Assembly: GCA_001515205.2 (NCBI GenBank)
Contig: LQMQ01000005.1
Location: 4,510-68,509, forward strand
DNA length: 64,000 nt
Direction: 5' to 3'
Source of the DNA: Candidatus Hadarchaeum yellowstonense
Lineage (GTDB): Archaea > Hadarchaeota > Hadarchaeia > Hadarchaeales > Hadarchaeaceae
Shown: piece by piece, positions 46,483 to 56,094 of the stretch
Layout of the letters: every line of letters begins with the position of its first letter
Position numbering within the stretch: the first letter of the stretch is position 1
Position numbers and translations under genes: made by a program
The notes under the pieces: model-generated
What the model saw: only the letters and a program-made list of their open reading frames with translations
Database searches by the model: none
What the model was told of the DNA's origin: nothing

Positions 46483-47628
46483 ATGCAGAACAGATGGTTA
46501 CCGCTAGCAACAATGACTTTCGCCCACTTCTTCACCGACTTCTTCCAGTTCATCCTGCCGCTGTTCCTGCCCCTGCTCATCCCCGAGTTCGGGCTGAGTT
46601 ACTTTGAAAGCGGGCTGCTGCTGGGAGTTTACCTCGGCTCCGCGGTGGTTCTCAACGGGCTGCTGGGCCACCTCGCCGATCGCTACCGAAAAAGAAAGCC
46701 AGTAATGTGCCTGGGTCTGGCGCTCTACGGTCTCTCGGTCTCGGCCTTGCAGTTTGTCAGAGATTATCCCACCCTACTGCTCGTCTCGGTGATTATGGGG
46801 ATCGGGTTCAGCTCCTATCACCCTCAGGCCACCAAGATCATCACCTCGCTTTACCCAAATCACAAGGGCAGGTTCATGGGGATCCACGGCGCCGGTGGGG
46901 CCATCGGTTTCTTCGCCTCACCGCTGCTGCTGACCCCTCTGGCCTACTCCATCGGCTGGAGGCCAACGGTATCGCTCCTCTTTCTGCCCGCCTGCGTTGC
47001 CGCCCTGCTTCTCTGGATTGTGGTAAAGGAGCCCGCGCCTGAACCGGTAGGAGGCGGCGGAAAAATATCTTGGCGACCGATAATTTTGCTGGGCATAGTC
47101 TACGGCCTGACCTTGTTTGTTTTCCGCGGTTTCACCAATTTCATGCCCGTCTACTTCTACTCGGTTCAGGGCAACACCGCGATCGAGATGGGCCTGCTGA
47201 CCAGCCTCGTCTGGGGGATGGGGATAATCGCTGAACCTCTGGGTGGAACGATATCCGACTACATCGGACGCAGAAACACCTTCTTCATCTCGCTGCTCCT
47301 GCTGTCCTTTTCCCTGCTGGGATTCCTGAACTCCTCAGGCCCGCTGGCCCTCGCCTTTCTCATCCTCTTCGCCTTCTTCGGCCAGTCGACGCGCTGCGTG
47401 GGGCTGATCTACTCCTCTGAGCTGGCTCCTGCAGAAAGCGCCGGGATGTGCGTGGGCATCGTCTTCGGGGTTTCACAGGGTTTGAGCCTGATCTCCACGA
47501 TCACCGTGGGCTATGTTGCCGACATCGCTGGCTTTTACTGGGCTTTTACCGGGCTGGTCGCTGTCGCTGCGGTTGCCGCGGTAATGTCGCTGGGGATGAA
47601 GGACTTTAAAACTAGGCAAACTCCTTGA
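46483..47628 (+). CDS. MFS transporter
   Basis: 381 aa with ~11-12 TM segments and a GHLADRYRKRK loop motif. Confidence 0.8.
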   Translation: MQNRWLPLATMTFAHFFTDFFQFILPLFLPLLIPEFGLSYFESGLLLGVYLGSAVVLNGLLGHLADRYRKRKPVMCLGLALYGLSVSALQFVRDYPTLLLVSVIMGIGFSSYHPQATKIITSLYPNHKGRFMGIHGAGGAIGFFASPLLLTPLAYSIGWRPTVSLLFLPACVAALLLWIVVKEPAPEPVGGGGKISWRPIILLGIVYGLTLFVFRGFTNFMPVYFYSVQGNTAIEMGLLTSLVWGMGIIAEPLGGTISDYIGRRNTFFISLLLLSFSLLGFLNSSGPLALAFLILFAFFGQSTRCVGLIYSSELAPAESAGMCVGIVFGVSQGLSLISTITVGYVADIAGFYWAFTGLVAVAAVAAVMSLGMKDFKTRQTP

Positions 47629-48448
47629 GAAGCTTCTGAATGGCCCCAGGTATCTGAGAATACTCCTTCACCCGGTAGACTTTACCCCGCCCCAGCTCCG
47701 CTAGCAGGGAGCAGGTGCCGGCGTCAGAGTGAGGGGATTCAACCATAATCACACAGAGTTTAGGATAGCAGGCCGCAACCCTTTCTGGATGAAATCCCTC
47801 TGAACACTTGCCGTCGGTTATCATTATCCCCAGCCTTTCTCCGGAAGGGGCCCTCTCCAGCTGTCTCAGCCCCGCCCTCAAGCCCTCCTCCATGTTCGTG
47901 TACCCGAAGGCGTCTGTTCCCAAGAGATCTGCAACGACGCTCCGCAGGTCCTTTCGCTGCCCCATCTCCTTAACAACACGAGCCTGGGAATTAAAGGTGA
48001 CCACGGAGTAGTTGTCCTCTCTCAGCTCGATGGCCAGCATTGAGGCCCCCACGGCGGCCACGGCAAGTTTTTCCCCCGCCATGGACAGGCTGGTGTCCAC
48101 CATCAAAGAACAGGCCAACTTCTTCCTCTCCCTTGTTTCCACAATGATATCCTCAGCTTGATAATCTGGCTTCCCCACTATCCTCTCCCAAGTGGCCTCC
48201 AGATCTATCTCATCGGCGCCGGGGCGATAGCTCTCCCTCCTCAGCTTCGCTGACCTTTTCGTCGGACCCAGACTGCTCAGAGCCCGACGCAAAATCGCCT
48301 CGATGGCTATCTTTCTGATCGCCTCCCTTTCCCTCTCCTCAAGCCTGCCCTTGATGCTGGGGTACTTCTGGGCCAGCAGCCAGCCGAAATCACCATTTTC
48401 AGCGGGAAGCTTCAGGGCGTCAACTATTACTAAATTCGGGGCCCCCAT
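47612..48448 (-). CDS. von Willebrand factor A (VWA) domain protein, MoxR partner
   Basis: 278 aa. It has the MIDAS motif VDTSLSMAG, and its start overlaps the stop of the MoxR gene by 1 nt. Confidence 0.8.
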   Translation of the reverse strand: MGAPNLVIVDALKLPAENGDFGWLLAQKYPSIKGRLEEREREAIRKIAIEAILRRALSSLGPTKRSAKLRRESYRPGADEIDLEATWERIVGKPDYQAEDIIVETRERKKLACSLMVDTSLSMAGEKLAVAAVGASMLAIELREDNYSVVTFNSQARVVKEMGQRKDLRSVVADLLGTDAFGYTNMEEGLRAGLRQLERAPSGERLGIMITDGKCSEGFHPERVAACYPKLCVIMVESPHSDAGTCSLLAELGRGKVYRVKEYSQIPGAIQKLLKEFA

Positions 48449-49338
48449 CAGGTCTTTTTTTTTACTTCGGCTGACACCGCTGGCCTTTCAAAACCAGCTG
48501 TCCTTTTCAGTACCGAATCAACTATTCCGTCAATTACCTCATCGAGCTGGTTCCTGGCCTCCTCCTTCAATTCAACCCTCGTCGGCAGGGCCAGATGACA
48601 GGCCTTTCTTACGGCCTCGGCATCACCGCCCAGCTGAAGGGCGAGCAGGCAAACGCTGATCGCGGCCCTGATCGAAGCCCCTCTTCTAATGTCGGGATGC
48701 TCGCGCGTCGCCCTCACTATTCGAACCACCAGTCTGGCGAAGTCCTCGTCGACGCCGGTGTGCAACTTCACGATCTCGACCTCTTCCGCCTCCGGCTGAT
48801 ATCCCAAGGTCACCAGCTCAAAGCGGTCCCGCAGCGCTTCGGAGATGGGGCTTGTGGCGATGAACTCCCGCGGGTTCTGCGTCGCGATGATGACGAATCC
48901 CTTGGCGGCGGTTATTTTTCCTATCTTAGGTATCTCGATTCTGAACTCGTCCATCGCGGGCAGCAGCACATTTTGAACCGACTCCGGCATTCTGTTCAAT
49001 TCGTTGATGAAGAGCGCTCCGCCGTTCTGCATCGCCAACGTCAGCGGTCCGGGAATGAACGCCTCTCTGACATAGCCCAACCTCATGACCACCGGCGGGT
49101 CGAACCAGCCCGTGAGCTTCTGCTCCGTGTACCTTTCGTCGCCGTCGACCCGGTAGACCTGCTTCTGTAGGTAATGGGAAATGGCCAAAGCGATGACGGT
49201 CTTACCGACGCCGACCGGGCCCTCGATCAGAAGGTGCCTGCCGGCCTTCACCACCGCCAGGGCCCTTTCCAGCTCCCTTTCTCTGCCGATGACGCCGAAA
49301 CTTTGTTGGATCTTCTTTATCTCTTCCATCTCGCCCAA
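48448..49338 (-). CDS. MoxR-family AAA+ ATPase
   Basis: 296 aa. It has Walker A GPVGVGKT and Walker B LFINELNR, and the size is typical of MoxR. Confidence 0.85.
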   Translation of the reverse strand: MGEMEEIKKIQQSFGVIGRERELERALAVVKAGRHLLIEGPVGVGKTVIALAISHYLQKQVYRVDGDERYTEQKLTGWFDPPVVMRLGYVREAFIPGPLTLAMQNGGALFINELNRMPESVQNVLLPAMDEFRIEIPKIGKITAAKGFVIIATQNPREFIATSPISEALRDRFELVTLGYQPEAEEVEIVKLHTGVDEDFARLVVRIVRATREHPDIRRGASIRAAISVCLLALQLGGDAEAVRKACHLALPTRVELKEEARNQLDEVIDGIVDSVLKRTAGFERPAVSAEVKKKT

Positions 49339-49474
49339 CCAGCGTTCTGTGTTTATTCACCGGAGTGAATATATTTTTTTGGCTGTTTCAGATGGCTGCT
49401 GGAAATGGAACCCCGAAATAGTTGCCATAGCAACTTTTATATGGCGCGGTCCTGTCCTTAAGAGAGGCGTTAAC

Positions 49475-49924
49475 TTGAAAGAGCCCAAATCAATCGTGAA
49501 GCTGATCTCCTGTGTCCACCGGCTGACGGCCTGCCACGTGCATAGCCGGCTGGAAAAATATGGCGTCGGCAGCAGTCAGGTCTTTTTTCTGATGAGGCTC
49601 TATCACGGCGACCGCATCAGCCAAGACCAAATGGCAAGCGAACTCCTAGTCGACAAGGCCACCTGCACCAGAGCGATAAAGAAACTGGAAAGGGCGGGTT
49701 TTGTGATGAGGGTGGTGGATGCGGCCGACAGAAGAGTTCATCGAATCCATCTGACCAAAAAAGCGAAAAAACTCAGACCAATTATCGAAAAAATTTCTGA
49801 GGACTGGACGAGTCTCCTTTTGACCGGATTTTCCGAGGAAGAAAGGGAAAAGCTGTCCGAATTCTTGGAAAGGCTGGTCACCAACGCTACCGTCAAAAGG
49901 GAGGGTTGTGGTGGCCATGTCTGA
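49475..49924 (+). CDS. MarR-family transcriptional regulator
   Basis: ~149 aa counted from the TTG at 49475, which lies downstream of TTTTATATGG. The wHTH is ISQDQMASELLVDKATCTRAIKKLERAGFV...DRRVHRIHLT. The ORF-track start at 49181 is antisense to moxR. Confidence 0.75.
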   Translation: MKEPKSIVKLISCVHRLTACHVHSRLEKYGVGSSQVFFLMRLYHGDRISQDQMASELLVDKATCTRAIKKLERAGFVMRVVDAADRRVHRIHLTKKAKKLRPIIEKISEDWTSLLLTGFSEEEREKLSEFLERLVTNATVKREGCGGHV

Positions 49925-51314
49925 AGAAGTGCTGCCGCCGGAGAAGGGATACACCGAAGGCGTCAGGACCCTCCTGGGTGACCCGAAAAGGGCCATCGTT
50001 AAACTCTCACTGCCAATGATCATGGCCATGCTGATCCAAGCCACCTACAACCTCGCTGACGCCATCTGGGTCGCTGGCATCGGCGCTGACGCCCTTGCCG
50101 CGGTGGGCTTCGTCTTTCCCTTTTACTTCATCATGATGGCAATCTCCACCGGACTGGGGGTGGGAAGCAGTTCCGCCATTGCCCGCAGGATCGGTGCCCG
50201 GGACAAGGCCGGGGCCGATAACGTTGCCACCCACTCGATAATCCTGACGGTCGTCGCGGCGCTGGCATTCACTGTACCACTCGTCACCTTCACCGAGCCT
50301 CTCTTCAGATCAATAGGTGCCGGCGCGACGCTCGGGATGACCGCGGCTTACGGCAGGATCATCTTCGCCGGGTCAATCTTCCTCTTCTTCAACAACGTGG
50401 GCAACGCCATCCTGAGGGGTGAGGGAGACGCCAAGAGGGCGATGTATGCTCTAGCCTTGGGAGCCACGCTGAACATCGTTCTCGACCCGATTTTCATCTA
50501 CCCCCTGGGCCTCGGCGTTGCCGGCGCGGCGCTGGCCACCATTTTATCGCTGGCCGTTTCCTCAGCCCTGCTGCTCTACTGGCTGATGATAAAAAACGAC
50601 ACCTATCTCTCCATCGGGTTCAGGGGCTTCAAATTCAACGGAAAAATACTGAAGGATATCCTCAGGGTCGGCATACCCTCCTCAATAGTCCAGCTCTCGA
50701 TGTCCATCTCAATGCTGCTGATCAACTTTCTCATCGTCCTGATCTCCGGTGGCAGCACGGATGGAGTCGCCGTTTACTCGGCGGGCTGGAGGGTTGCCAC
50801 CGTGGGCACGCTGCCGCTGAACGGGATCGCCACCGCCGTGGTCGCCGTCTGCGGTGCCGCCTTTGGCGAGAAGGCCTATGAAAAAATAAACGTCTCACAC
50901 CTGCACGCGATCAAGATCGGTCTGATCATTGAGGCAGTCGTGACCGCGGTGACATTTGCTTTCGCCCCTCAGATAGCGGCCGTGTTCACCTATTCCGAGG
51001 GGGCGGCCCGCATCGCCGACGACCTGACTCTGTTTCTCAGAATCGCCTGTCTCTTCTGGCCCTTCGTTTCCTTCGGAATGCAGTCCTCAGCGCTGTTCCA
51101 GGCGGTGGGCAGGGGGATCAGCTCCCTGATGGCGACAGTGCTGCGCTCGCTGGTGCTGACGCTGCTTTTTATCTTCCTGCTCTCCTTCGTCCTTAACTAT
51201 GGTCTGATCGGGGTCTGGTGGGGAATCGTGCTGGCAAACATCATCGGCTCCATGGTCGTCTTCAGCTGGTCCAGACACTATGTGAAGGGCCTGATTAAAA
51301 AAGCGGGGCAGTAG
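49908..51314 (+). CDS. MATE-family efflux transporter
   Basis: 468 aa with 12 TM segments. It overlaps marR by 17 nt, the classic MarR-efflux pairing. Confidence 0.85.
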   Translation: MVAMSEEVLPPEKGYTEGVRTLLGDPKRAIVKLSLPMIMAMLIQATYNLADAIWVAGIGADALAAVGFVFPFYFIMMAISTGLGVGSSSAIARRIGARDKAGADNVATHSIILTVVAALAFTVPLVTFTEPLFRSIGAGATLGMTAAYGRIIFAGSIFLFFNNVGNAILRGEGDAKRAMYALALGATLNIVLDPIFIYPLGLGVAGAALATILSLAVSSALLLYWLMIKNDTYLSIGFRGFKFNGKILKDILRVGIPSSIVQLSMSISMLLINFLIVLISGGSTDGVAVYSAGWRVATVGTLPLNGIATAVVAVCGAAFGEKAYEKINVSHLHAIKIGLIIEAVVTAVTFAFAPQIAAVFTYSEGAARIADDLTLFLRIACLFWPFVSFGMQSSALFQAVGRGISSLMATVLRSLVLTLLFIFLLSFVLNYGLIGVWWGIVLANIIGSMVVFSWSRHYVKGLIKKAGQ

Positions 51315-51409
51315 CAGAGGCAGGAAGTTAAAAGTGGAAAAATCAGGAAAACGGCCGCACACGGATGAGTTGCTTCTGATCTTCACCGGCACTGGCCCAT
51401 TCCAGGCTA

Positions 51410-52594
51410 TCAGCTTTTCAACTGCTGACCGTGGTAAGCCCTCAGGTAAAGCTCTCTGACCTCGAGCGGAGTTGGCGGCCTGGGGCTGAGCCTGGCGCTG
51501 ACATTTTGATGGGAGTGCTGAACCATCAAATCAAGCGAGGCGAAAAAATCTTCCTCCGCAACTCCCGCCTCCTTAATGCTTTGGGGCAGCTGGAGGGTCG
51601 CCTCTAATTCTCTCACTGCCTCTATCAAACTCAGGGCCAGTTCCTTCTCCTCCCCGCCGTTTAATCCGAGTATCTTCGCCAAATCCGCATATTTTCTCCG
51701 CGCCACTTCCGAGCCAAGGTTAAACTCCATGACATAGGGCAACAAAATCGCACAGGCAACACCGTGGGGAATGCCGAACCGGGGCCCGATGTGATCCATG
51801 GCGTGGGCAAGGCCGGTGCCCGAGTTATTTATCGCAATTCCCGCCAGGGTCGCAGCGTAGTGCATTTTTTCCCTGGCGATTTTGTCCTTCCCATCCCGGT
51901 ACGCTTTTTCCAAGTTCTCGAGGATCAATCGGGTGGCCTGAACAGCCACGGCCTCGGAAAAATCGTTTGATAAGGCATAAACATAGGACTCCAAAGCGTG
52001 GCTCAGGGCGTCCATCCCGCTGGAGGCCGTAACCTGCGGGGGCATGGTGGTGGGGATCTCCGGGTCCAAGATGGCCACGTCGGGTATTATCTCAAAAGAC
52101 AAAATCAGGCGCTTTGTCCTGTCCTTCGGCTCGACAAAAACGGCGGCGCAGGAAGTTTCTGACCCGGTGCCGCTGGTAGAGGGTATGGCCGTCAATCTCG
52201 CCTTTCTGCGCAGCCGTGGGACCGCGAAGGGAACAAAAAGCTGTTCTTTAGTGAGCGTCGGATGTTCATAAAGCACCCACATGGCCTTGGCCGAATCTAT
52301 GACCGCGCCGCCGCCCAGGGCGATTATCCAGTCGGGGTTAAATTTTGACAGCTCCGCTGCTCCGGCATCGATGTCCTCTGTGGTGGGCTCTCTTTCAATG
52401 CTGATGATCACGTCTGAATCGGCTCCGGACTCACCGAGAAGGGAAACCAATCTTTCAACGAATCCCAACCTTCCCATCGACCTTTTGTCCGTTAAAATGG
52501 CAGCCCGCCGGCATCCCAGGTTTTGAACGTGCTGAATTGCTCCCCAGCCAAAAACTATTTCCGCATTTTTAAAATATTTCAAGCCTTTTATCAC
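51410..52594 (-). CDS. Iron-containing (group III) alcohol dehydrogenase
   Basis: 394 aa. GGGAVIDSAKA and the His-rich metal site LAHAMDH...PHG are present. Confidence 0.85.
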   Translation of the reverse strand: MIKGLKYFKNAEIVFGWGAIQHVQNLGCRRAAILTDKRSMGRLGFVERLVSLLGESGADSDVIISIEREPTTEDIDAGAAELSKFNPDWIIALGGGAVIDSAKAMWVLYEHPTLTKEQLFVPFAVPRLRRKARLTAIPSTSGTGSETSCAAVFVEPKDRTKRLILSFEIIPDVAILDPEIPTTMPPQVTASSGMDALSHALESYVYALSNDFSEAVAVQATRLILENLEKAYRDGKDKIAREKMHYAATLAGIAINNSGTGLAHAMDHIGPRFGIPHGVACAILLPYVMEFNLGSEVARRKYADLAKILGLNGGEEKELALSLIEAVRELEATLQLPQSIKEAGVAEEDFFASLDLMVQHSHQNVSARLSPRPPTPLEVRELYLRAYHGQQLKS

Positions 52595-52714
52595 CAGTTC
52601 ACCATTACCCCTTGAGAGGACCTTTTAAAAAACCTCTCCTAACTCCCGGCCGCCTTGACGCGGGGCCCTGTGCTGTCGATTGAAGAACAGGCGAAATCCA
52701 GCTTTCCCGTCCAG

Positions 52715-53335
52715 CTAACGGCCACGATCAGGTTGCTCCTCCATTTTTTTCTCCTCTTCATTGGCCTCTTCCCTCTCCGCCTCTGCTCCCTCCGACTTCT
52801 CTTTACCCAGCAGCAGACCCAGCAGTGTTCTCTGATCCACCTCAGCCAGCGCCCGCCAGCCCAAGTAGAGCACGCCCTGATCGTCCTCAGAGAGATAGCC
52901 GCGCCTGATGAACCTGTCAATCGTCGACTCCACCCGCCACCGGGGAAACTTCTCCTGCAGGATGCGCTCGACCTCCTTCAGCGGCGCCTTGCCCCCCTTG
53001 GAGAGGACGTGGGCCATGGCCACGGTGAGCATCGCCATGTCGTCCACCCGCCAGCCAAACGTCCGCGCATCTGCAAGCTTGGGATGCCCGCGGAGGGTGA
53101 TGAAGTATCTGTCCGACTCCGAGCCTTCCTCGCCCTCGCTGACCCTCTTCACCATCAGCCCCAGCTTCTCCAGCTCTGCGTCCAGCAGCTTCAGGATCTG
53201 CTCGTAGTCCCTGCCCAGAGCCCGCCTCAGCTCCCAGGCCTTGGCCCCGGGCTGCAGGTGATGCCTGAAGAAGAGCAGCTGGGCCGCCCGAGAGAGCTTT
53301 TCCCTGAGCTCAGCCACATCGGTTGTCTCAGGCAT
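52715..53335 (-). CDS. ScpB/kite-like tandem winged-helix protein (third gene of the mini-SMC operon)
   Basis: 206 aa. Two WH-like modules are visible. The first is AAQLLFFRHH...AWELRRALGRDYEQILKLLDAELEKLGLMVKRV...YFITL. The second is AMLTVAMAHVLSKGGKAPLKEVERIL...IDRFIRRGYLSEDDQGVLYLGW. The tail is charged. Confidence 0.55.
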   Translation of the reverse strand: MPETTDVAELREKLSRAAQLLFFRHHLQPGAKAWELRRALGRDYEQILKLLDAELEKLGLMVKRVSEGEEGSESDRYFITLRGHPKLADARTFGWRVDDMAMLTVAMAHVLSKGGKAPLKEVERILQEKFPRWRVESTIDRFIRRGYLSEDDQGVLYLGWRALAEVDQRTLLGLLLGKEKSEGAEAEREEANEEEKKMEEQPDRGR

Positions 53336-54122
53336 GCTTCCGCCTCCTCTTCAGCCACTCCTCGCGGCTGATGGCGATGGGAACGGAAAAGGTTGCCACG
53401 TTCTCCAGCACCTGGGGCTTGGGCAGCGGCTTCAGGTTGATCTCCTCCTCCAGCGGATTGATATCCAGCGTGGCATAGCCGTAGCTCACCAGGAAGCTGA
53501 CCAGCCAGGCCCGGAAAACCGTTTCCTCGAAGCTCTTACCCTGGATGAACTTCCAGTAGGAGATGAACTCCTTCTCGCCCACCGCCTCCTTCAGCTCCCG
53601 CCAAGTCCGGTCGAGTAGGGCGGTGAGGTCCTCGTCGCTGAGTATTCCCATCTTGGCCAGCTCCCGGCGGGCTATTTCCCCGGTCATGACTTCGGTGACC
53701 CCCAGCTCCTTGAACCTCTCATCCAGAGCGGGCAGATTTCTCCAGTAGTCGAGGCCCTCCCTGATCGCGGGCAGCGACAGGCTCTCCAGATCGATTATCG
53801 GATGCCAGGAACGAACGAGCACCTCGGCCAGATCTCGCGCGGGAAGGGCGTAAAGCTTGAGCGTGATGAGCAGGGGATCCAGATAGAGCAGCGACGACTT
53901 GTGTTTGATCCATTCGCCCTGCTGAAAGATAACATCGGCCAGCCCGAGCACGGCCTGAACATCAAGGTAGAGCTCCTCATTGGTCTTTAGCTTGGGTAGC
54001 AGCTCCCGGAGTCGATCGAAGAACTCACGAACCTCAACGTCGAATGGATCCAGCCCGCTCTTCCGCACGGCATCGCACAGCTCCACGATGCGCTGCAGCA
54101 GTTCTTGGTGTTCCCTCGGCAT
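53328..54122 (-). CDS. Kleisin (ScpA)-like protein (second gene of the mini-SMC operon)
   Basis: 264 aa. The C-terminus ETVFRAWLVSFLVSYGYATLDINPLEEEINL resembles the ScpA C-terminal winged helix. The N-terminus lacks the classical ScpA motif. It overlaps both neighbours (1 nt and 8 nt). Confidence 0.5.
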   Translation of the reverse strand: MPREHQELLQRIVELCDAVRKSGLDPFDVEVREFFDRLRELLPKLKTNEELYLDVQAVLGLADVIFQQGEWIKHKSSLLYLDPLLITLKLYALPARDLAEVLVRSWHPIIDLESLSLPAIREGLDYWRNLPALDERFKELGVTEVMTGEIARRELAKMGILSDEDLTALLDRTWRELKEAVGEKEFISYWKFIQGKSFEETVFRAWLVSFLVSYGYATLDINPLEEEINLKPLPKPQVLENVATFSVPIAISREEWLKRRRKHA

Positions 54123-56026
54123 CAGGCGGCCACCTTCACGCTGGACAGGCCGGCGATGTTCTGCACGGTTATCACGTTTGGGACGCCCTCCACGTTCACC
54201 AGCCTCCCAGGGGTGATCACGATGTACTGCGCGGTCTCCTCACGCATGGAGTTGAGGATCTCGGTCATCATCTGCTCGCGGTTTCTCGGGTCCATGTGCA
54301 TCTCAAACTCGTCTATCGCCCTGATGGGTGACTTGATCCTCTGCTGGAGGGAAAGCAAAAAGCACATGATCGCCGTGGTGCGCTCGCCACCGCTCTGCGT
54401 GTGCGGGTCCAGCACCTGCGGCTCGGCACCGCGAAAGCCAACCAGCAGCTGCAGGCCCGCCTCGTCGATGTCATCGGGGTTCTCCAGCCGAACATCTCCC
54501 GTGGCGTTGACCCTTTTCAGTATCTCCACATATCTCACCCTGACCTCCCTCAGCAGCTTGTTGATCTCGGTCTTCCACTTCTGCCGGCGGAGATCAAGCT
54601 CCTCGAGGGCCCGTTTCCTGTTGGCCGCGGCGATCTCGGCCTTCGCCTGCAGCTCCTTCAGGGTGCTCTGGTAGCTCAGGTACATCCGCTCCACGTCCGG
54701 TGAGACATCAGCCAGGCTGGCCAGCTGCACGTTGGTCACCTTCAGCTCGTCCATGACCTCCTGGGGCTTTCTCTTGGTCTCAACCCGGGGCCCGACCCTG
54801 CTGGCCTCAGCCTCGATCTCCTCCAGCTCCCGCCGCGCCCTTCTCAGCTCCGACTGCACCTCGGCAACCTCCTTCTCCAGCAGCTCCCTTTTGAGGCCGA
54901 GGACGGCCCCCCTGACTCTGGCGTTGATGTAGGCCTCCTTCACCTGCTCGCTCTCCTTCTTGACCGCGACCAGCTTCGAGCGGGTTTCCTTCATCCGCTC
55001 CGCAACCTCCAGCACCGTCCTGCTGGCCCGCCTCAGATCTGAATCAAATCCCGCAAGAATTTCCCCGAAATCGGCCTTGACCCTCTGAAAGGCCTTCTCT
55101 AGGCTCCCCAGCAGTTTGCCGCGCGCCTCGGCCTCAGCGTGCGCCCGCTCCTGCTCGATGAGCCGCTGGTAGGTTGAATCTATCTCGAAGTCGAGTTCCT
55201 TCAGCCTTTTCTCCAGCGCCTCTTCCTCCCTTGCGCTCCTGAGCTGATCCTCCTTGATCTCCTTCAGCTCTCCCTCGAGATCGGACAGCCGTTGCTGAAG
55301 GCCACTCACCGACTCCATCTGCCGGAAGAACTTCGACCAGGCCAGCTCCAGCTCAAGCTCCTGCCTTTTCAAGGCCAGCTCCTGCTTCCTCTTAAAGCGC
55401 TGGTATTCCCCCTCCCAGTAGCGAAGGGTCTCCTGCGCCTTCTCCAGCAGGCTCTTGATCGCCTCCTCCTCGCTGAGGCTGTGGGAAAGCCTCTCCCTCG
55501 CCTCCAGAATCATGTCGCGGTACTCCTTCAGCCCGACGACCTCCTCCACCACCTTCAGCCGTTCCTTGGCATCTATGGCGCCAAAGACATCGATCATGCT
55601 CTGGTGCATGATGATGAGCATGTTGTCGGGATTGATGGAGAGCCTTCTCAGCAGGTGCATCACCTCTCCCTTGGTGGAGGTTCGGGAGTTGATCTCGTGC
55701 CAGTAGTTCCCGTCCCTGCTCAAGTAGCGGGAGAGGACGATGGTGTCGGAATTTATGCTGGCGATCGGGCGCTTGCCATCGCGAGGGGTGTTGTCGAAAA
55801 CCACGCTGACCCGGCCCAAGTCCTTGCCCCTCCTGATCAGATCACTGAGCCTGCGGGAGCGCTCGGTGTAGGTCTGTCCGAGAGCCACCGCTAGTCCCAG
55901 CAGGATCGAGGATTTCCCAGCTCCGTTGGGCCCGACGATGATGTTGAGGCCCGGCTTGAGCGGGATCCTCGAGTACTCGTGGGACATGAAGTTCTCCAGT
56001 ATTATCTCCCGGATCAGGGCCGACAT
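54122..56026 (-). CDS. Hinge-less SMC-like ABC ATPase (mini-SMC)
   Basis: 634 aa counted from the ATG at 56026 (MSALIREIILENFMSH). It has Walker A GPNGAGKSS, a Q-loop-like MHQSMIDVF, ~330 aa of coiled coil with no CxxC hook and no globular hinge, the signature QSGGERT, and Walker B IRAIDEFEMHMD. Confidence 0.8.
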   Translation of the reverse strand: MSALIREIILENFMSHEYSRIPLKPGLNIIVGPNGAGKSSILLGLAVALGQTYTERSRRLSDLIRRGKDLGRVSVVFDNTPRDGKRPIASINSDTIVLSRYLSRDGNYWHEINSRTSTKGEVMHLLRRLSINPDNMLIIMHQSMIDVFGAIDAKERLKVVEEVVGLKEYRDMILEARERLSHSLSEEEAIKSLLEKAQETLRYWEGEYQRFKRKQELALKRQELELELAWSKFFRQMESVSGLQQRLSDLEGELKEIKEDQLRSAREEEALEKRLKELDFEIDSTYQRLIEQERAHAEAEARGKLLGSLEKAFQRVKADFGEILAGFDSDLRRASRTVLEVAERMKETRSKLVAVKKESEQVKEAYINARVRGAVLGLKRELLEKEVAEVQSELRRARRELEEIEAEASRVGPRVETKRKPQEVMDELKVTNVQLASLADVSPDVERMYLSYQSTLKELQAKAEIAAANRKRALEELDLRRQKWKTEINKLLREVRVRYVEILKRVNATGDVRLENPDDIDEAGLQLLVGFRGAEPQVLDPHTQSGGERTTAIMCFLLSLQQRIKSPIRAIDEFEMHMDPRNREQMMTEILNSMREETAQYIVITPGRLVNVEGVPNVITVQNIAGLSSVKVAA

Positions 56027-56053
56027 AGGAATCAGTTTAAACTTTGCAGTTCC

Positions 56054-56060
56054 TATATAA
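56054..56060. promoter_or_regulatory. Shared TATATAA box between the divergent mini-SMC operon and the 234-aa gene
   Basis: This is the only TATA-like element in the 68-bp intergenic gap. It lies 28 nt from the minus-strand ATG and 35 nt from the plus-strand ATG. The plus-strand ATG has GGGGTGG as a ribosome-binding site. Confidence 0.4.
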
Positions 56061-56094
56061 GGCAACGTCTGCGCTTAAATTTTGGGGTGGAACC

